A stretch of DNA of 64,000 nt from assembly GCA_030770535.1 (NCBI GenBank), contig JASVEC010000013.1, positions 1,054,001-1,118,000 of the forward strand. Direction: 5' to 3'. Positions 28,312-41,249 of the stretch are shown here, piece after piece. A program made the position numbers and the translations under genes. Under the pieces are notes generated by a model. The model was not told the origin of the DNA and did no database searches. It was given only the letters and a program-made list of their open reading frames with translations. Position 1 is the stretch's first letter. Each line of letters starts with the position of its first letter. This DNA is from Batkoa obscura (Eukaryota).

Positions 28312-29314
28312 ATTTGACTTTATATTATTTGTAATTGCATTGAAAGTTATTGAGTTTAAAATAAAGAACAAAGGTGTGAAATGCATTTTTTATAATTTCA
28401 AAGAGTATATCAAGTCAAGCATAAAAACAAACAAACATTAAGATGCCTTTTTTTGTTTTTTATTTGATAAAGTATGATAAATAATTTAAAAATAATAGCA
28501 CTTTGTGTATATATTTTATCCACACAGTTTATTCTTTGAAATAATTTTATTACTATTATTTGAATAATAATGTGTTCTAATTGATGTTGATTTCAAATAA
28601 AGATCACATTTTTATGAGCTATTTAATTTTTTAAAATTTATAAAACATAGAAAATGATCAAAAAAATAAAACCAAGATGTTCCAATATTATGATTTTTGG
28701 AATTCAAAATTGATTCTTGGATCTTATAGCATAATTGAATTCCGGTCACTTCTTATATCCTCATAGTTTACACTTTAATATAACTGATATCTCTTCTTAA
28801 CTGTCAAATCTTCATTCTACGTTTCTTGCTTGTCTTTGTTTGTTTGTATTGTGATCAATTTATAGGTCACACACAAAGTTTTCCTTTTCTAAGGAGCCTT
28901 CTATTCCAACTACAACTTCTCTTCTCATTGAATAGATAATAGCTTATATCAATGAGCTTGAGTTTTCCAAACAATGCTTGTCCAGGAGCTAAGCTGGTAG
29001 TGAAGTTCTCTTATTATGGCCAATTAGCCGTACTCTCTAATTACTTAATTTTTGTTCTTGTTTTTATTGCTAAGAATTGTTCAATATTGTATTAGTTATA
29101 ATGTTAAATTTATAAACAATGTAAAATCAGGCTTGTATTACTGTATCATTTTACTTATTTGTTCTATTTTAATTTATTATTATTAATTTTTGAAGTTCGA
29201 CCAACTACTAAAAACAATTTTTTTTTATATTATAATCATAATTGTTCAAGATGAAGTAAAACATCCTTGTACCACTATATCATAATAAAAGCTGACCTTA
29301 CGCGGTATAATTCA

Positions 29315-31198
29315 CTATCCTTTTTTATTGCCTGTCGTTATTGACCTCATTAACCATGAGCATACAAACCCAACACCAAAAAACGCAATAAAACCATAAA
29401 AAATTGTACGAAATCCAAGCTTATAACATGCCACCAACTCTTGCCTCAACTGCGACTCTAACTCCAAAATTAAAGATGGTTTATCTATTAACATATCAAT
29501 ATCTAACTTTTGTCTAAATTGTCCTAATAACTCTTTCAAAACGTTAAAATAAATGGCATCAGCAGCAATTATACCAATCACTCCACCAAAACTAAAAAAG
29601 AATTTATTAACTATTTTAACCTCTTGGATATCTTCTGCCTTAACAGCCAATTCGGAAATGCTACCAGTTATCTTTAAACTGAGTCCTATGCTCACACCTA
29701 TTAATGCTACAAATAGATAAAATAATTCTGGCTTAGCAAACTGGTATGAAACTGTAGCTAATAAGCAACTGGCTATTACGCCAAGCCCAGTACTTAAAAC
29801 TAGATACCATCGATATACGGTGAATTTTTTAATGATTAAGCTGATCACTAGATAACCTAATAAAAGACTGAAAATGATTGTAATGATTGTTGGTGTGGTT
29901 TGATTTGCAGTCAAACTAAAAGTAATCTTATAATAATAAGGGATAAAGATGAAACCAATGAATAGGACAGCACCATTAAAAAATGAGACTAAACAGCATA
30001 AAATTACATTATGATAAAATAAACGAGCTGGCAAAGTGGGCTGCTTTGATATCTTTTTTTGAGAGTAAATAAAAAGGAAAAGGAATAGTATAGAAATACA
30101 AAGCGGAAGTAAAGCTTGATAAGAAGACCAAGGATAGATTAAGGAGGTGCGATTTAGTGAAAGAGAGAGTAAAGTTGTAAATAAAAATAAAGAAATGGAA
30201 CCAATAAAATCAAAATTATGTAGTTTAACCTGTAAACTTGTATTTTTACTTTTACGTGGTAAAAATAAGAGTAATATAACAATAGCAACTGAAGAAGTAG
30301 GTATACTAATATAAAAACACCAACGCCACGATAATTGAGTCATAAATAAACCAACCAACATAGAAGCAGAAACAGAAGCAGCAATAAAAAACAAGGTATA
30401 GATTATCATATAAGTTTTTAGCCTATAGGCTGGTACCAACTCTTTAATAATAACATTACATAATGTGGGCAATCCACCTCCACCAATACCCGCGATTGCT
30501 CTTCCAACAATCAGCATTGTTAAATTAACCGAAGTGGAAGAGATTATAGTACCTATGAGGAAAGAAATTAAAGCTAATAAAATAATGGCTTTATAACTGA
30601 AGACATGAACTAGCCTTTTATATTGTCTTTCCATAATAAAAGAGGTAAGTAAATACGCTATACCAAATAAACCCAATTTAGAATATTCATCAAAATTGGA
30701 AGCTATTGGGACAAGTAAAGAGGTAGCTAAAATTCGATCATAACCAGTGGTTATGTAAGTTAAAAATAGACCGAATAATAATAAAGTGGTTCTGAATTTT
30801 GTTAAACGTACTTTGGTATCATCAATGTTTAATACTATTGTTGCCTCATCTCCTTTGGAGTTATCATTAAATTCATTATTGACATTAGATTCTATCTGTT
30901 GTAAATTATCATTAAATACTAACGGCCCAGTTTCTGTATTATTGGGTAACTCAAATTGTTTATCATTATTATTATTATCAACGATGTTTTTTCTGTTACT
31001 ATCTATGACATTCTTACTTTTGATCTTGTTTGTTATGGTATCTTCTTTACTATTAAAACCTGCTTGCTCCTTTTGAGGTTGATCTTTCGCTTCGGACTTG
31101 TTATGTTGAACATCATTTAACTTAAACTCTTCACTTTCAATGTTAACGACTTCCTCAACCTTGATTCCACCTAATTCAATTCCTTTATTTTCTTCCAT
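29315..31198 (-). CDS. MFS drug:H+ antiporter, 14-TMS (DHA2-like) family
   Basis: Long hydrophilic N-tail followed by ~14 hydrophobic helices; LIVGRAIAGIGGGG and LSWRWCFYISIP motifs. Confidence 0.9.
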   Translation of the reverse strand: MEENKGIELGGIKVEEVVNIESEEFKLNDVQHNKSEAKDQPQKEQAGFNSKEDTITNKIKSKNVIDSNRKNIVDNNNNDKQFELPNNTETGPLVFNDNLQQIESNVNNEFNDNSKGDEATIVLNIDDTKVRLTKFRTTLLLFGLFLTYITTGYDRILATSLLVPIASNFDEYSKLGLFGIAYLLTSFIMERQYKRLVHVFSYKAIILLALISFLIGTIISSTSVNLTMLIVGRAIAGIGGGGLPTLCNVIIKELVPAYRLKTYMIIYTLFFIAASVSASMLVGLFMTQLSWRWCFYISIPTSSVAIVILLLFLPRKSKNTSLQVKLHNFDFIGSISLFLFTTLLSLSLNRTSLIYPWSSYQALLPLCISILFLFLFIYSQKKISKQPTLPARLFYHNVILCCLVSFFNGAVLFIGFIFIPYYYKITFSLTANQTTPTIITIIFSLLLGYLVISLIIKKFTVYRWYLVLSTGLGVIASCLLATVSYQFAKPELFYLFVALIGVSIGLSLKITGSISELAVKAEDIQEVKIVNKFFFSFGGVIGIIAADAIYFNVLKELLGQFRQKLDIDMLIDKPSLILELESQLRQELVACYKLGFRTIFYGFIAFFGVGFVCSWLMRSITTGNKKG

Positions 31199-32483
31199 TT
31201 TTAACTTAATCTTCTAAAAAATTAACAAAAATCACAATGGAACATTCCGATCTTTATATTATATAGTTTTTATCCACTTGTTATTAGCTTCTAGTTCTGG
31301 ATTAAAATTCCTTTATTAGTTGTAAGAATAAAATGTAAATAAATGAAAATGTTCTATAAATCCAATTTATTCGTTTTTTCTTCAGAATTGTTTGAGTGAT
31401 TGTCTTAAGGCTGAGATAAAAAAAACAAAACTAAAACCAATTAGATAATTTTTTTCATTTTAATAAGAACTAAGCTGGAGACAACTATAAAAACAAAAAT
31501 ACAGTACTGGATAAAGTAACATTTGAAATTTTTAAATAACTCGGGTAAATTTAAAACCTTAACTAGAATTAAAAAACATTTCAAGTTTGATTTAAAGTTA
31601 AAGTATTAAACCCCATATAGAAATGATTTTTATTTTATTTTTTTATTAATTTTTTAAGTAATGAAATCAAAAGTTTATTAGGAGTGTGAAAGAAAAAATA
31701 TCCTAACATGTTTGTCTCAGAATTTAACAAAAAAACAGCCATTTTATAACATCTATACTTTAATGAACTTCCAAAAGGGTCAAAACCAAAGTGATTTATT
31801 AGTAAATGCAACTGTTATAAGTGAAGATCATAAGTACAAACGTTATTATATAATGTCGAAATTCATCACCTAACGAATCCACTTGTAGGGTTGGTAGACT
31901 ATCAACAAACAAAAGAGACATAAAACGACGAGTTTATGATTTATTTAAGCTGTTACCTTTACAAAAACTTATAACTGGAAAGAAATTAGCCCTTGGATTT
32001 AAATTAATTAATGCTACTATCTATTATTCTAAAGGTTAAGTTAAATAAGCTGGTTATACCAAGTTAAAAATTATATTCGAATACTATTGTACAAACATCA
32101 CTATCAGACATTTTAAGGAGGTATAAAAAATAATTTTCATTATTCTATTTAGCTTTATTAAAATTATTTTAATAATCTATCTCAGTTGTTTTTAAAACGA
32201 GCTTTCATTTTTTTTAGCTTTACAAAAAACTCTCTTCCAACAACTTTTTGTATTAGTTTTTAGCGCTTTATTTGAATCAACGCATTTAGTGTACAAGTCT
32301 TTAAATGTTTAAAGCCAACCTTTTATTTTTTTCAAAAGGACTTTGAACTTAAATGATAATGTATAAATGGTAATATTAAGATGTAGAAATAAAAACAAGT
32401 TAAAAAAAACTTTATAACTTTACTCACCTAAAAAGCTAATTTTCTTATCTACCAAATATTAAAAAATTCGATTTTTACTATGT

Positions 32484-32582
32484 GGGGGTGTTTTTTTTGG
32501 CTTCATCACTTTTTCCATCTTTTAAGCGCTATTTGAGTGGAAAAATTGTTAGTAAAATTCTTAAACAAAGAAATACATCCCC
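32484..32582 (+). mobile_element. ~98-bp MITE copy 7
   Basis: GGGGGTGTTTT...TACATCCCC, TSD ATGT/ATGT. Confidence 0.93.
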
Positions 32583-32680
32583 ATGTGTAAAGCTAGGCAA
32601 GTTATCTATTGATTGGCTATTTTTAACTTGAATGTCAGATGTTAAAAAGGAAACAAGCTAAATAATTACAATGTAGCCTA

Positions 32681-32917
32681 TAGGTAGGTAAATTTATGCT
32701 AAGGTTTTTATGCAGTTTCCAGTAGGGATTACAACTCTACTTCAAAATCATAAAATTAATTTTACAGAAAATGCTTGCTTATAACTGAATGGAATTGCCA
32801 ATCTTATTTTATGCTGGGCATTTTATTTCAGTAAAATCTACTTGTATAATCCCAGGTTGGAATAGTAACCCCTTACTGAAACCTGGATAAAAACCCCATC
32901 ATAAATTTACTTACCTG
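32681..32917. mobile_element. ~240-bp foldback (long imperfect inverted repeat) MITE-like element
   Basis: Left arm TAGGTAGGTAAATTTATGCTAAGGTTTTTATGCAGTTTCCAGTAGGGATTAC versus reverse complement of right arm CAGGTAAGTAAATTTATGATGGGGTTTTTATCCAGGTTTCAGTAAGGGGTTAC. Confidence 0.7.
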
Positions 32918-33649
32918 TTATTTTGAAAAAAGTAAACAAGTGGATCGATCATATGTAAAAATCTATCAGGTTTATAGATTTTTATATATGATCCAACAAA
33001 TGTGCTACTTTGTTTGAGCTTAATTAGTTGAGATGTTTTTGTTAAGTTATACAACATTTAAGAATATATCTTTTTGAATAAAATTTCAATTCAGATTATC
33101 GGATTTGATCTAACGTTGGAAAGAAACTATAATTTAGCCATTATGTCTCTTTATTTGTATGGATTATATGTAAAGGTCTATTAAACTGATAAATTTTTAC
33201 ACTTGATCCCGTTTGTTTTTGAAATTATATTAAGTCATTTGAAATACTCTTATACAAGTTCATACATATTGAAAAAGTATCAATTTTGGGCTGCAACAGT
33301 TAATTTTTCTTAACTGAAAAATGAAGGTATTTTAATCCAAATTCTGTATTGGTATTGCAACTAATAATTGGCTATTTTCAGTATGCAAGAATTTGCACAG
33401 AAATATTTCGAACGACCTGATATTTATCTCCAAAGACAAAAATATTATAAGATTTAGATTTAATTCCAAAAATAAAATAAAATTCAAAATAAAGGCTAAT
33501 CACAACAATAATTTATTTGGGTTTAAGCATTTCTATTGGTCAATTTATTTTTGGCAATACTTTTTTTTAGTAGTTACATCGTAACCATTTAAATCATCTC
33601 AAATTAAAACAATATTGACCTTTATTTCTTTCAAATAAACTATACTACA

Positions 33650-36600
33650 ATGATTAAAAACAGTAACTGTAGCTCTCAAAAAACTAGAGGAAGACCGCCA
33701 AAGAACGGCATAAAACCTAAGAGTACCATGAATAATTTAACTAATAAGATGCCAGCAAAGATTGGCAACTTTTTTTCAGAGTATTTGAAATTCCCCAAGC
33801 TTGCTTCATCTAAAAGTGATCGTGAAATCATTACTCAACGCAACCAGGCTAAAGGAACTAAAAATAAAATCAATTATATCCCCAACACAAGCCTAACTAG
33901 TCAACCACCAATTGAAGAAGAGGCAACAACTGTAAACCAAAAAATCATTCCAATCAAAAACGACCATGATACCACAGCTCAATCTAAACAGATTAAACAA
34001 ATTAATAATAACCTCAATCTCATTTCAAATAAAGGGTTAGTTACCCAATCAATGAATGATGAAGAAATCTTAACCGTAGGTCCAGAAAGTAGCATGACTG
34101 CAGCTTCAGTAGATAATCATAACCAAATCAGGAATGTTCAAGTCAGAAGATCATCGCGCATCAAGGAAAAGAGCGAGGAAAGGAAAAGAAGAAAAGAAGA
34201 GAAGTGTGAAAAAAGAAGATTGAAGAAACTCGAAGCTGAATTACCAAAAGCGAGGGAAGGTGTAGTAGAATCCAAGACACCCAATCTAGGAAATAAACCA
34301 TTACCTATAAATATGGAAGAATCTCTTAATATAATTGAATCGAAAATAAATGCAAAAGACAATGTATTAGAGTCTAAGAGAGTTAAAATAGGAAGCAAAT
34401 TAGTAGCAGTAGTAATTGATAATCGTGATAAATTAGCTGAGCTAAAAAATAAAAAGATCGCTGCACGGGATATCAACAAGGCTAGGTTAGCCATCAAAAC
34501 CAAAGAACCTCGTAGGAAGGCACCCAAATCCACCCACGTCCCACTCGATAACTGCTTCGGATCAAGCCAGATAAGTGAATCTGAACAAGCCTCATCAATC
34601 CCTGATATACGTACATCTTCGTTTAGCATGAATCCTTATACCAATACTGCGAATCTTGATCAAAATGAGAGCATCGAGCAGGTTCGTATGGAGGTGGAGC
34701 AAAATTCAAACACTTCTATTAGCTTTAGTCAATTTGATAACAATCTCAATAGCTCTCTTAATGTAGTGAATACCATTTATGACATGAGTAGTGTTATGAA
34801 TCCGACAGGAAAAAAAGATGAAGGAATAAACGAAATAAACGCTGAAGAAGAGGAAGAAGAGGAAATCATAGAAGAATATGAAAAAAGTGAAGAAGAAATC
34901 GAAGAAGAAACAGAGAAGGGTTACAACATTTTATTAGGAAACCGTAAATCAGCCAAATCTAAGATATGTACTGGTACCTTTACCGACACAAATGTATCTC
35001 CTATCGGTCCAAACAACCATATAAATACCAGTAGTCCAAAACCACCTCAACTTCAATTACCATCAAATGAAGCAACAAATGAACATGTTTCTGATGATAA
35101 CAGCTATATTGCTGGGGAATATTTAGAATGTGATCCTATAGACACAAATAACATTGGGGCAAATTCGGATGACTTTTTTAGCATTCCAGAGGAATTTGTG
35201 GGGGATAACAATCAAGTTTCTGAAGAACCAGAAGACCTTAATGTCCCCTCTCCTAAATTACATATGTTCTCGTTTCAGAAAAATAAATCACAAGCTTCAA
35301 CTGATCAAGAATATGAGTCAATAAATACGACTCCTTCACCTAAACCTAAACCCACTCACCCACATCTATTCACATTTCAAGGTGATAACTTTGGTCAAAA
35401 TGGGATAATTAGATCAACACAACAGAGATACAATGAAGACCAAAAGTCATTTGAAGGTAGAAGGAAGATAAGGAAATCTAATAATACTGCGCCTAATCAA
35501 TTCAATGACTCAGATACACTATTTAATCACTTGAGAGGAGAAATCTTACGTATAAATGGACAAATAGAGTCAACTTTTAAAGACATTGACATTGAGTCCA
35601 TTACCAGCAACGAGATGCATAACATAAACCAATATTACCAATTTTTAATAAAACAAAGAAAGGAAATTGAAAAGTTGATGATAAACATAGTTTCAAATAG
35701 ACTTGCCGATAAGAAGAGAGAGCAATATTCTACCTCTACTTATTTTAAATCCTTAAGTAATAAAGCAACAACAAAGAGCGTAGTTTCAAATAATATACCG
35801 TCAAACAGTGAGCATGTATTATCACCAAAGAGCCAAGGGGTTCCGTTTAATTCTTATAATAATCTTTTAAGGATGGATCCAGTTGTAAAATACCTGATCA
35901 GTGAACGAAAACGCCTTGATGAGCTTATTTATAAACAGAATGAACAATATATGATGAACAAGGCTTTAAATCAACCACAAAAGAAAAAGAAAAAGCGTGG
36001 AAATGAGCGTGATACAGCAGAGTATACAAATTTTCATAATCACCAAGTATCCTCAGTCAATGTTCGGAATCAGAATATTTTCTCGAATGAACAAAGATAC
36101 TATTCTAAAGATGATCATCATAGTCAATCAAATTTTAATCAATTTGAGTATCCTCAATCATTAGTGGGGATAGCTAGAGTACAGAACCTAACTTATGAAT
36201 ACGGAAAGATAAGTCAACAACCAGAAGACTCATCAAATTATTCACCAGAATATATTTCTTCGCATACTAATAAAACTAACCATACCAATAGGACTAAACC
36301 ACATACAGAATATAAGATTAGCTCTCCCAATCAAGATTATAGCACTGATTCGGCCTCACATCATCAATATAATTATTTTTCTCATCAAAACCTTATTCCT
36401 GCTGCTGATAATATTGATATCAAAGCTCAAGAGCATCAATTCACTTTTGAATACAATGGCTACACCCCTAGTACTCCACAATATCAGCCCACTTCTGACT
36501 ATAACCAATACACACCTACTACTAACTTTAATGATAACCATAAAAGTTCAGCTGCTATAGACAGCGAATCTAAATTCGACATTATTGATCAGGATGCTAT

Positions 36601-36775
36601 TAACATAGAAAGAATTAATAAAATAGCAAATAAAGTCCTTGAAAACCCAGCAATATCCAGCGAAGAAATAGAAGAAGTAGAGGGCTGGCTCAGATCTGAA
36701 GATGTAGAAAGATACGTTGATTATATTAACTCTGATGTTGTTTTTGATTATTTTACTGGTAATATTGAAAACTAG
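33650..36775 (+). CDS. Hypothetical 1041-aa largely disordered protein with N-terminal AT-hook-like motif
   Basis: Long uninterrupted ORF; KTRGRPPK near the N-terminus; basic, acidic and N/S/Q-rich tracts. Confidence 0.8.
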   Translation: MIKNSNCSSQKTRGRPPKNGIKPKSTMNNLTNKMPAKIGNFFSEYLKFPKLASSKSDREIITQRNQAKGTKNKINYIPNTSLTSQPPIEEEATTVNQKIIPIKNDHDTTAQSKQIKQINNNLNLISNKGLVTQSMNDEEILTVGPESSMTAASVDNHNQIRNVQVRRSSRIKEKSEERKRRKEEKCEKRRLKKLEAELPKAREGVVESKTPNLGNKPLPINMEESLNIIESKINAKDNVLESKRVKIGSKLVAVVIDNRDKLAELKNKKIAARDINKARLAIKTKEPRRKAPKSTHVPLDNCFGSSQISESEQASSIPDIRTSSFSMNPYTNTANLDQNESIEQVRMEVEQNSNTSISFSQFDNNLNSSLNVVNTIYDMSSVMNPTGKKDEGINEINAEEEEEEEIIEEYEKSEEEIEEETEKGYNILLGNRKSAKSKICTGTFTDTNVSPIGPNNHINTSSPKPPQLQLPSNEATNEHVSDDNSYIAGEYLECDPIDTNNIGANSDDFFSIPEEFVGDNNQVSEEPEDLNVPSPKLHMFSFQKNKSQASTDQEYESINTTPSPKPKPTHPHLFTFQGDNFGQNGIIRSTQQRYNEDQKSFEGRRKIRKSNNTAPNQFNDSDTLFNHLRGEILRINGQIESTFKDIDIESITSNEMHNINQYYQFLIKQRKEIEKLMINIVSNRLADKKREQYSTSTYFKSLSNKATTKSVVSNNIPSNSEHVLSPKSQGVPFNSYNNLLRMDPVVKYLISERKRLDELIYKQNEQYMMNKALNQPQKKKKKRGNERDTAEYTNFHNHQVSSVNVRNQNIFSNEQRYYSKDDHHSQSNFNQFEYPQSLVGIARVQNLTYEYGKISQQPEDSSNYSPEYISSHTNKTNHTNRTKPHTEYKISSPNQDYSTDSASHHQYNYFSHQNLIPAADNIDIKAQEHQFTFEYNGYTPSTPQYQPTSDYNQYTPTTNFNDNHKSSAAIDSESKFDIIDQDAINIERINKIANKVLENPAISSEEIEEVEGWLRSEDVERYVDYINSDVVFDYFTGNIEN

Positions 36776-37401
36776 GGAATAATTAATATTGGTCAAAATA
36801 ACTTTTGTAATAATGGTGTTTTTTATTTAATAGTAGTGACAACTAATAGCGCTTGGAGGCCATTACCAAGTCCTAAGCTTTTTATAAAATTATTTAATCT
36901 CAATTCACCTTCTCTAATTTTTATTAATAAGAACAGTAATAACTTGTAAGCTATCCTTTTCAACTATAATAGCTAATAATAAACTTTACTTTTTTTGATT
37001 TTTCAATTTTAATATATTATTTTACACTCACGTTTTTGCGTCTTTTATATCATTTAATCCTTAATATTTAATATAAATGGAATGACTTCGTATAGTTGGT
37101 TACCTTACATTTAACTTTCATAAGAAACGAACATAAAAACTAGGGCTAAAAATGTGATAGTTGAGCATTAAATAATCAAGATAAAACAACTTACTTCATT
37201 TATGCCTATATATTAATCATTTGAAATTTTTTTAAAAGATGTAAGCTATAAGGTATAAACGATAAAGGTTGCTTTCAGATTTGTACAAGACTCACTTATA
37301 ATAAGAAATTTGATTTATTGCTCAATTTAGTATTTTAAAAAACCAATATTGTTGGATAGAAACATATTTTCATAAAGATTTTTTACAAAAAAGAAATATT
37401 T

Positions 37402-37496
37402 GGAAGTGTCTTTTTGGCTTCATCACTTTTCCATTTTTTAAGTACTATTGAGCGGAAAAAATGTTAGTAAATTTCCAATACAAAAAATGCATCTCC
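37402..37496 (+). mobile_element. ~98-bp MITE copy 8 (diverged)
   Basis: GGAAGTGTCTTTT...TGCATCTCC, TSD ATTT/ATTT. Confidence 0.85.
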
Positions 37497-38294
37497 ATTT
37501 AGATTATATTTGTAATGCTTAATCCTGTCTTTGATTTACTTCCTCATCGAAATACAAACTTCAGCTGCTTCAGCGATAGCAAAAATCTTAACTGGAACAT
37601 GAATAATATATAGAATATATACATATATTGTATTTATAAATATTATTAATATCTATCCACAATTGATTTAAAATTGTATATAAAATGTTTTTTATATTCA
37701 CATTTATTTGCCCATTTTTTAGGCAATAAAATCTAATAAATTACTAAAATATGAATTAAACAGTTACTCAGGTATAAAACTTAAAGTTTGAAGGACTTAA
37801 CTTACGCTTTTAAAAATAATATAGCTCTAGCACACATAATTCTAACTATAACCTAACCCTGATATAGTTTCAACTTTATAACTGATGTCAAGATATTTTA
37901 AAGTGCTGGGAGGATTTAATATAGTGTTTTAAGTTGGAAGCTGTTTAATATTTGGCCTCTAAATTTATTTTATTTATTTTTTAATCCAATCTATATTTTT
38001 TGGAATTTTATGTAAAGCTTAATGCTTAGACAGTTGTTTAAACCGATCAGATTTTACCTTTAAAAACATAGTAATGTTCAAAAATTTTAACTTGAGTTAA
38101 ATGTTACAAGCATCCTATTAATAAGCTTCAACCTCAAAGCCCAATCATATGCTGCGCATAGCTAAAATTAATTGAACTTTGCTTAACATTAACTTCAAAA
38201 GCAAGTATTTTAGCCAATAGTGACAAGGTTTGCACTAATATAAAGAAGAAATCGAAGTAATTTGAATCAGAAGTTTAACTTTTATAATTTACAA

Positions 38295-40501
38295 ATGAAC
38301 ACCAAGATTAGCAACATTACCAAAACCACTATGGATAATAAGGAAAAGAAAGAGAAAAACGAAGAGAATATTGGAACTGAAAATGAAGAAGTTTGTATCA
38401 TTTGTGCAAAAGAAATATCTTTTTACGCTATTGGATGTTGTAACCATGCTTTCTGCCACTTATGTAGTTTAAGACTACGTGCACTTTACAAATCAAACCA
38501 TTGTCCTATCTGTAAGGTAATTCAAAACAAAATAGCAAACTCGAGTTTAATCTAGAAATTTAATTTATTAGACAAACCAAGATGTAGCCGTATTTACTGA
38601 AACCAAATCAAAAACGTTTGAGGAGTTTAATCTCAAGGAAATGGTAATGGATGATAAGCTTAAAATTTATTTCAAAGATGAAAAAAATCGAATTGATGCT
38701 TTAAAAATACTTCAATATAATTGCCCATTTAAGGATTGTGATTTTATTTCTCTTGTTGGATTTCATAAATTACAAAGTCACGTTACAGCTGCTCATAATA
38801 AATTATTTTGGTAAGTTCTATTTATCAAGGTAGGAAGAAAAAGTATTTATTGATGTGCTTTAGTAACGTATGTGCGCATAACAAAAAAGAGTTTTGTGAA
38901 GATATGGAATTATATTCAAGAAAAGAGTTGGCGCGTCATATGAAATATGGTAGTGATAAAGTATTAGGAAAAGATGATGGCTTCCGTGGTCATCCAGGAT
39001 GTAGGTTTTGTAATGCTTCATTTTTTGATAACGATGGACTTTATGAGCATCTTAAGAAAAAACATGAATCTTGTTTTGTTTGTCAAAGGCTTAATCCACG
39101 AGACCAATCTTATTATAAAGATTACGCTGAATTGGTAATGCTATAACACCTTAGAAAATGTTAAATTAAAATACAATTTTAGGAAAAACATTTTGAAAAA
39201 GAGCATTTTGTATGTAAAGAAAAGGATTGTTTGGAAGAGAAATTTGTGGTGTTTGAAAGTTTAATAGATTTAAGGGCTCATGAAGTAAATTAATTTTTTG
39301 CACTATAAGCTTTGATTTAACATTCTATTTAGCTAGAAAAGCATACTGATAAATTTAGTAAAATACAAAGGGCAAAAATGAAAAAAGCACTCCAAGTCAA
39401 CTTGGAGTTTAAATACTCACGAGAAAAGGAACAAGAACCCTCTAATTCAAGGCGAAGAGAACAAACGGTAATTGCTTTCTATAGTATGTTCAAATTTTTT
39501 ATATCATTTAGAACGGATCATCAAACGAAAATACATCTAAACCAACCAGAAGAGTGAACGCACCTGCTGGATTTGGTATAGTCTCTAATCCTTCTCCACC
39601 GGCTGAAGCTCCAATAGTAGTCCAAAACGAAGAGGTAACACCATTGATAGCAGAAGAGAAATGGCCGGACTTGAATGGGCAGATAACTACCCCCAAAACA
39701 ACACCAAGGGTACCAACATTCGCAGATAAAAAAGATTTCAAAAATAAAGAGTTATGGCCTGAGTTATCAGAGCTAGGACCTAGTAGCTCAAAGCCAATAG
39801 CACAGTCAAAAAAACCAAATGGCTCATCAACTAATCTTTATTCGAAGCAGATGGCTGATAAACGACCTCCATTACCAAAAGATTCAACTATATTTGATCG
39901 TAAAAATGCACCATCGTTGAATCAGCCTACCCTTGCTTCATCTTTCTCTATACCAAGTTCAACATTAGAACAAATAGCACCATTAGTAAATCGAGACAAA
40001 AGTAAAATGGACGCTGTCAAAGAACTTGGAGCGTTGTTTTTTAATGGAATGTTGCAGCCCAGGGAATATTTGCTTAATCTAGCAGCAAGTCTAGAATCTC
40101 ATAGCACAACTTCAGAGCAATCACAAGCTAATGCTATTAAAATAGCAGATCTTTTAATTGATCATTTGGATAAAACAAAGGCAGTTCGATTACAAGCAGC
40201 TATCAGAGAAATAAAAAGTAAAAATGAAGCTTTCCCAGGGCTTCCATCAAAACCCAAACCTAAACATGGAAATAATGGAGCTAATACTAGAAAAGTGCTA
40301 GTGATTAAACCTAATGGTACACTAATACCAAAACCTAAACCTAAAAATAGTAGTGTCAGCAAAGCTAGTTTTCCTCAACCCGTTCCTTCTTCTTCTAATA
40401 CACAGGCCAATGATGATATGAGTAAAATATCAAGTGACAGTAAGAATAAAGATAGTAAACATAAAATCAAAGGCAAAAAAATGGATTGGACTCAATTGTA
40501 G
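38295..40501 (+). CDS. HEL2: RING/C2H2 E3 ubiquitin ligase Hel2/ZNF598; exons 38295-38516, 38572-38810, 38864-39134, 39183-39284, 39333-39467, 39512-40501
   Basis: CIICA..CCNHAFCHLCSLRLRALYKSNHCPICK RING; GFRGHPGCRFC..LYEHLKKKHESCFVC; EKHFEKEHFVC..CLEEKFVVF..DLRAH; EAFPGLP motif. All five introns are GT-AG and preserve frame. Confidence 0.9.
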
Positions 40502-40687
40502 TTAAGTTGAGATAGAAAAATTAATAAAAAATTATATTTTATTACTAATTAGTATTCTTTAAAGTTTATTATATCGTAGACTATAAAAATTGATAACCTT
40601 AGTTACATCTTTATTGTATCGAACTATTTTAATTGTAACATTAAATAGTAGAAACATTATAATAATTTTGAAAGTCAACTATTGAAA

Positions 40688-41209
40688 TTATTTAGAATTA
40701 CATTCCATATTTATAAAAGAAGCAAGGTGTTCTTTTTCAAAAGTCTCCAGACTCCATGATGTATTGCTCAGCTTCTCTTCGCCTCCAATCCAAGTATAAA
40801 CCATAGCCATTTCTTTAGACTTACTCCCATTATCCTTAATAACTTCAACTACTACTTGAGTTCTATTATAATCCTAACTCATTATATTAATTGTTTGTTT
40901 TATTTATGAAAGTTTAAATTACTTCGCCTTCAAAGTGATCTAACTTTGTAATGTCTTCTTCTGTTACATTCTTGAATAACTTACCTTCTGTCAATTCACC
41001 ATCTGAAAAATAAATCCCTGGATATAGTGCTCCTTTAACTGTTACTCGTTTGTAATTCTAAAATGATCATCTTTATATATATTCTTCTCAACAATAATTG
41101 TGTTTACCTTCAAGATTGCAGGTAATAGTGTAAACTCTGTTTTTGGAGCCAATACCCTTTTTAAAACTGTAAGGTTTTGTAAACTACCATAAATAAATAG
41201 ATCTTTCAT
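40688..41209 (-). CDS. AIG2-like / gamma-glutamylcyclotransferase-fold protein; exons 41209-41108, 41057-40923, 40873-40688
   Basis: LFIYGSL, ALYPGI, KLDHFEG and AMVYTW motifs; two frame-preserving GT-AG introns. Confidence 0.85.
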
Positions 41210-41249
41210 TTCAAGAACAAATTTGAGATTGTGACATTCTTTATTCTTG

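Noticed and set aside
28680..29120. Pyrimidine-rich tract that might be another solo LTR
   Set aside because: No TG..CA ends with a matching TSD and no second copy in the window
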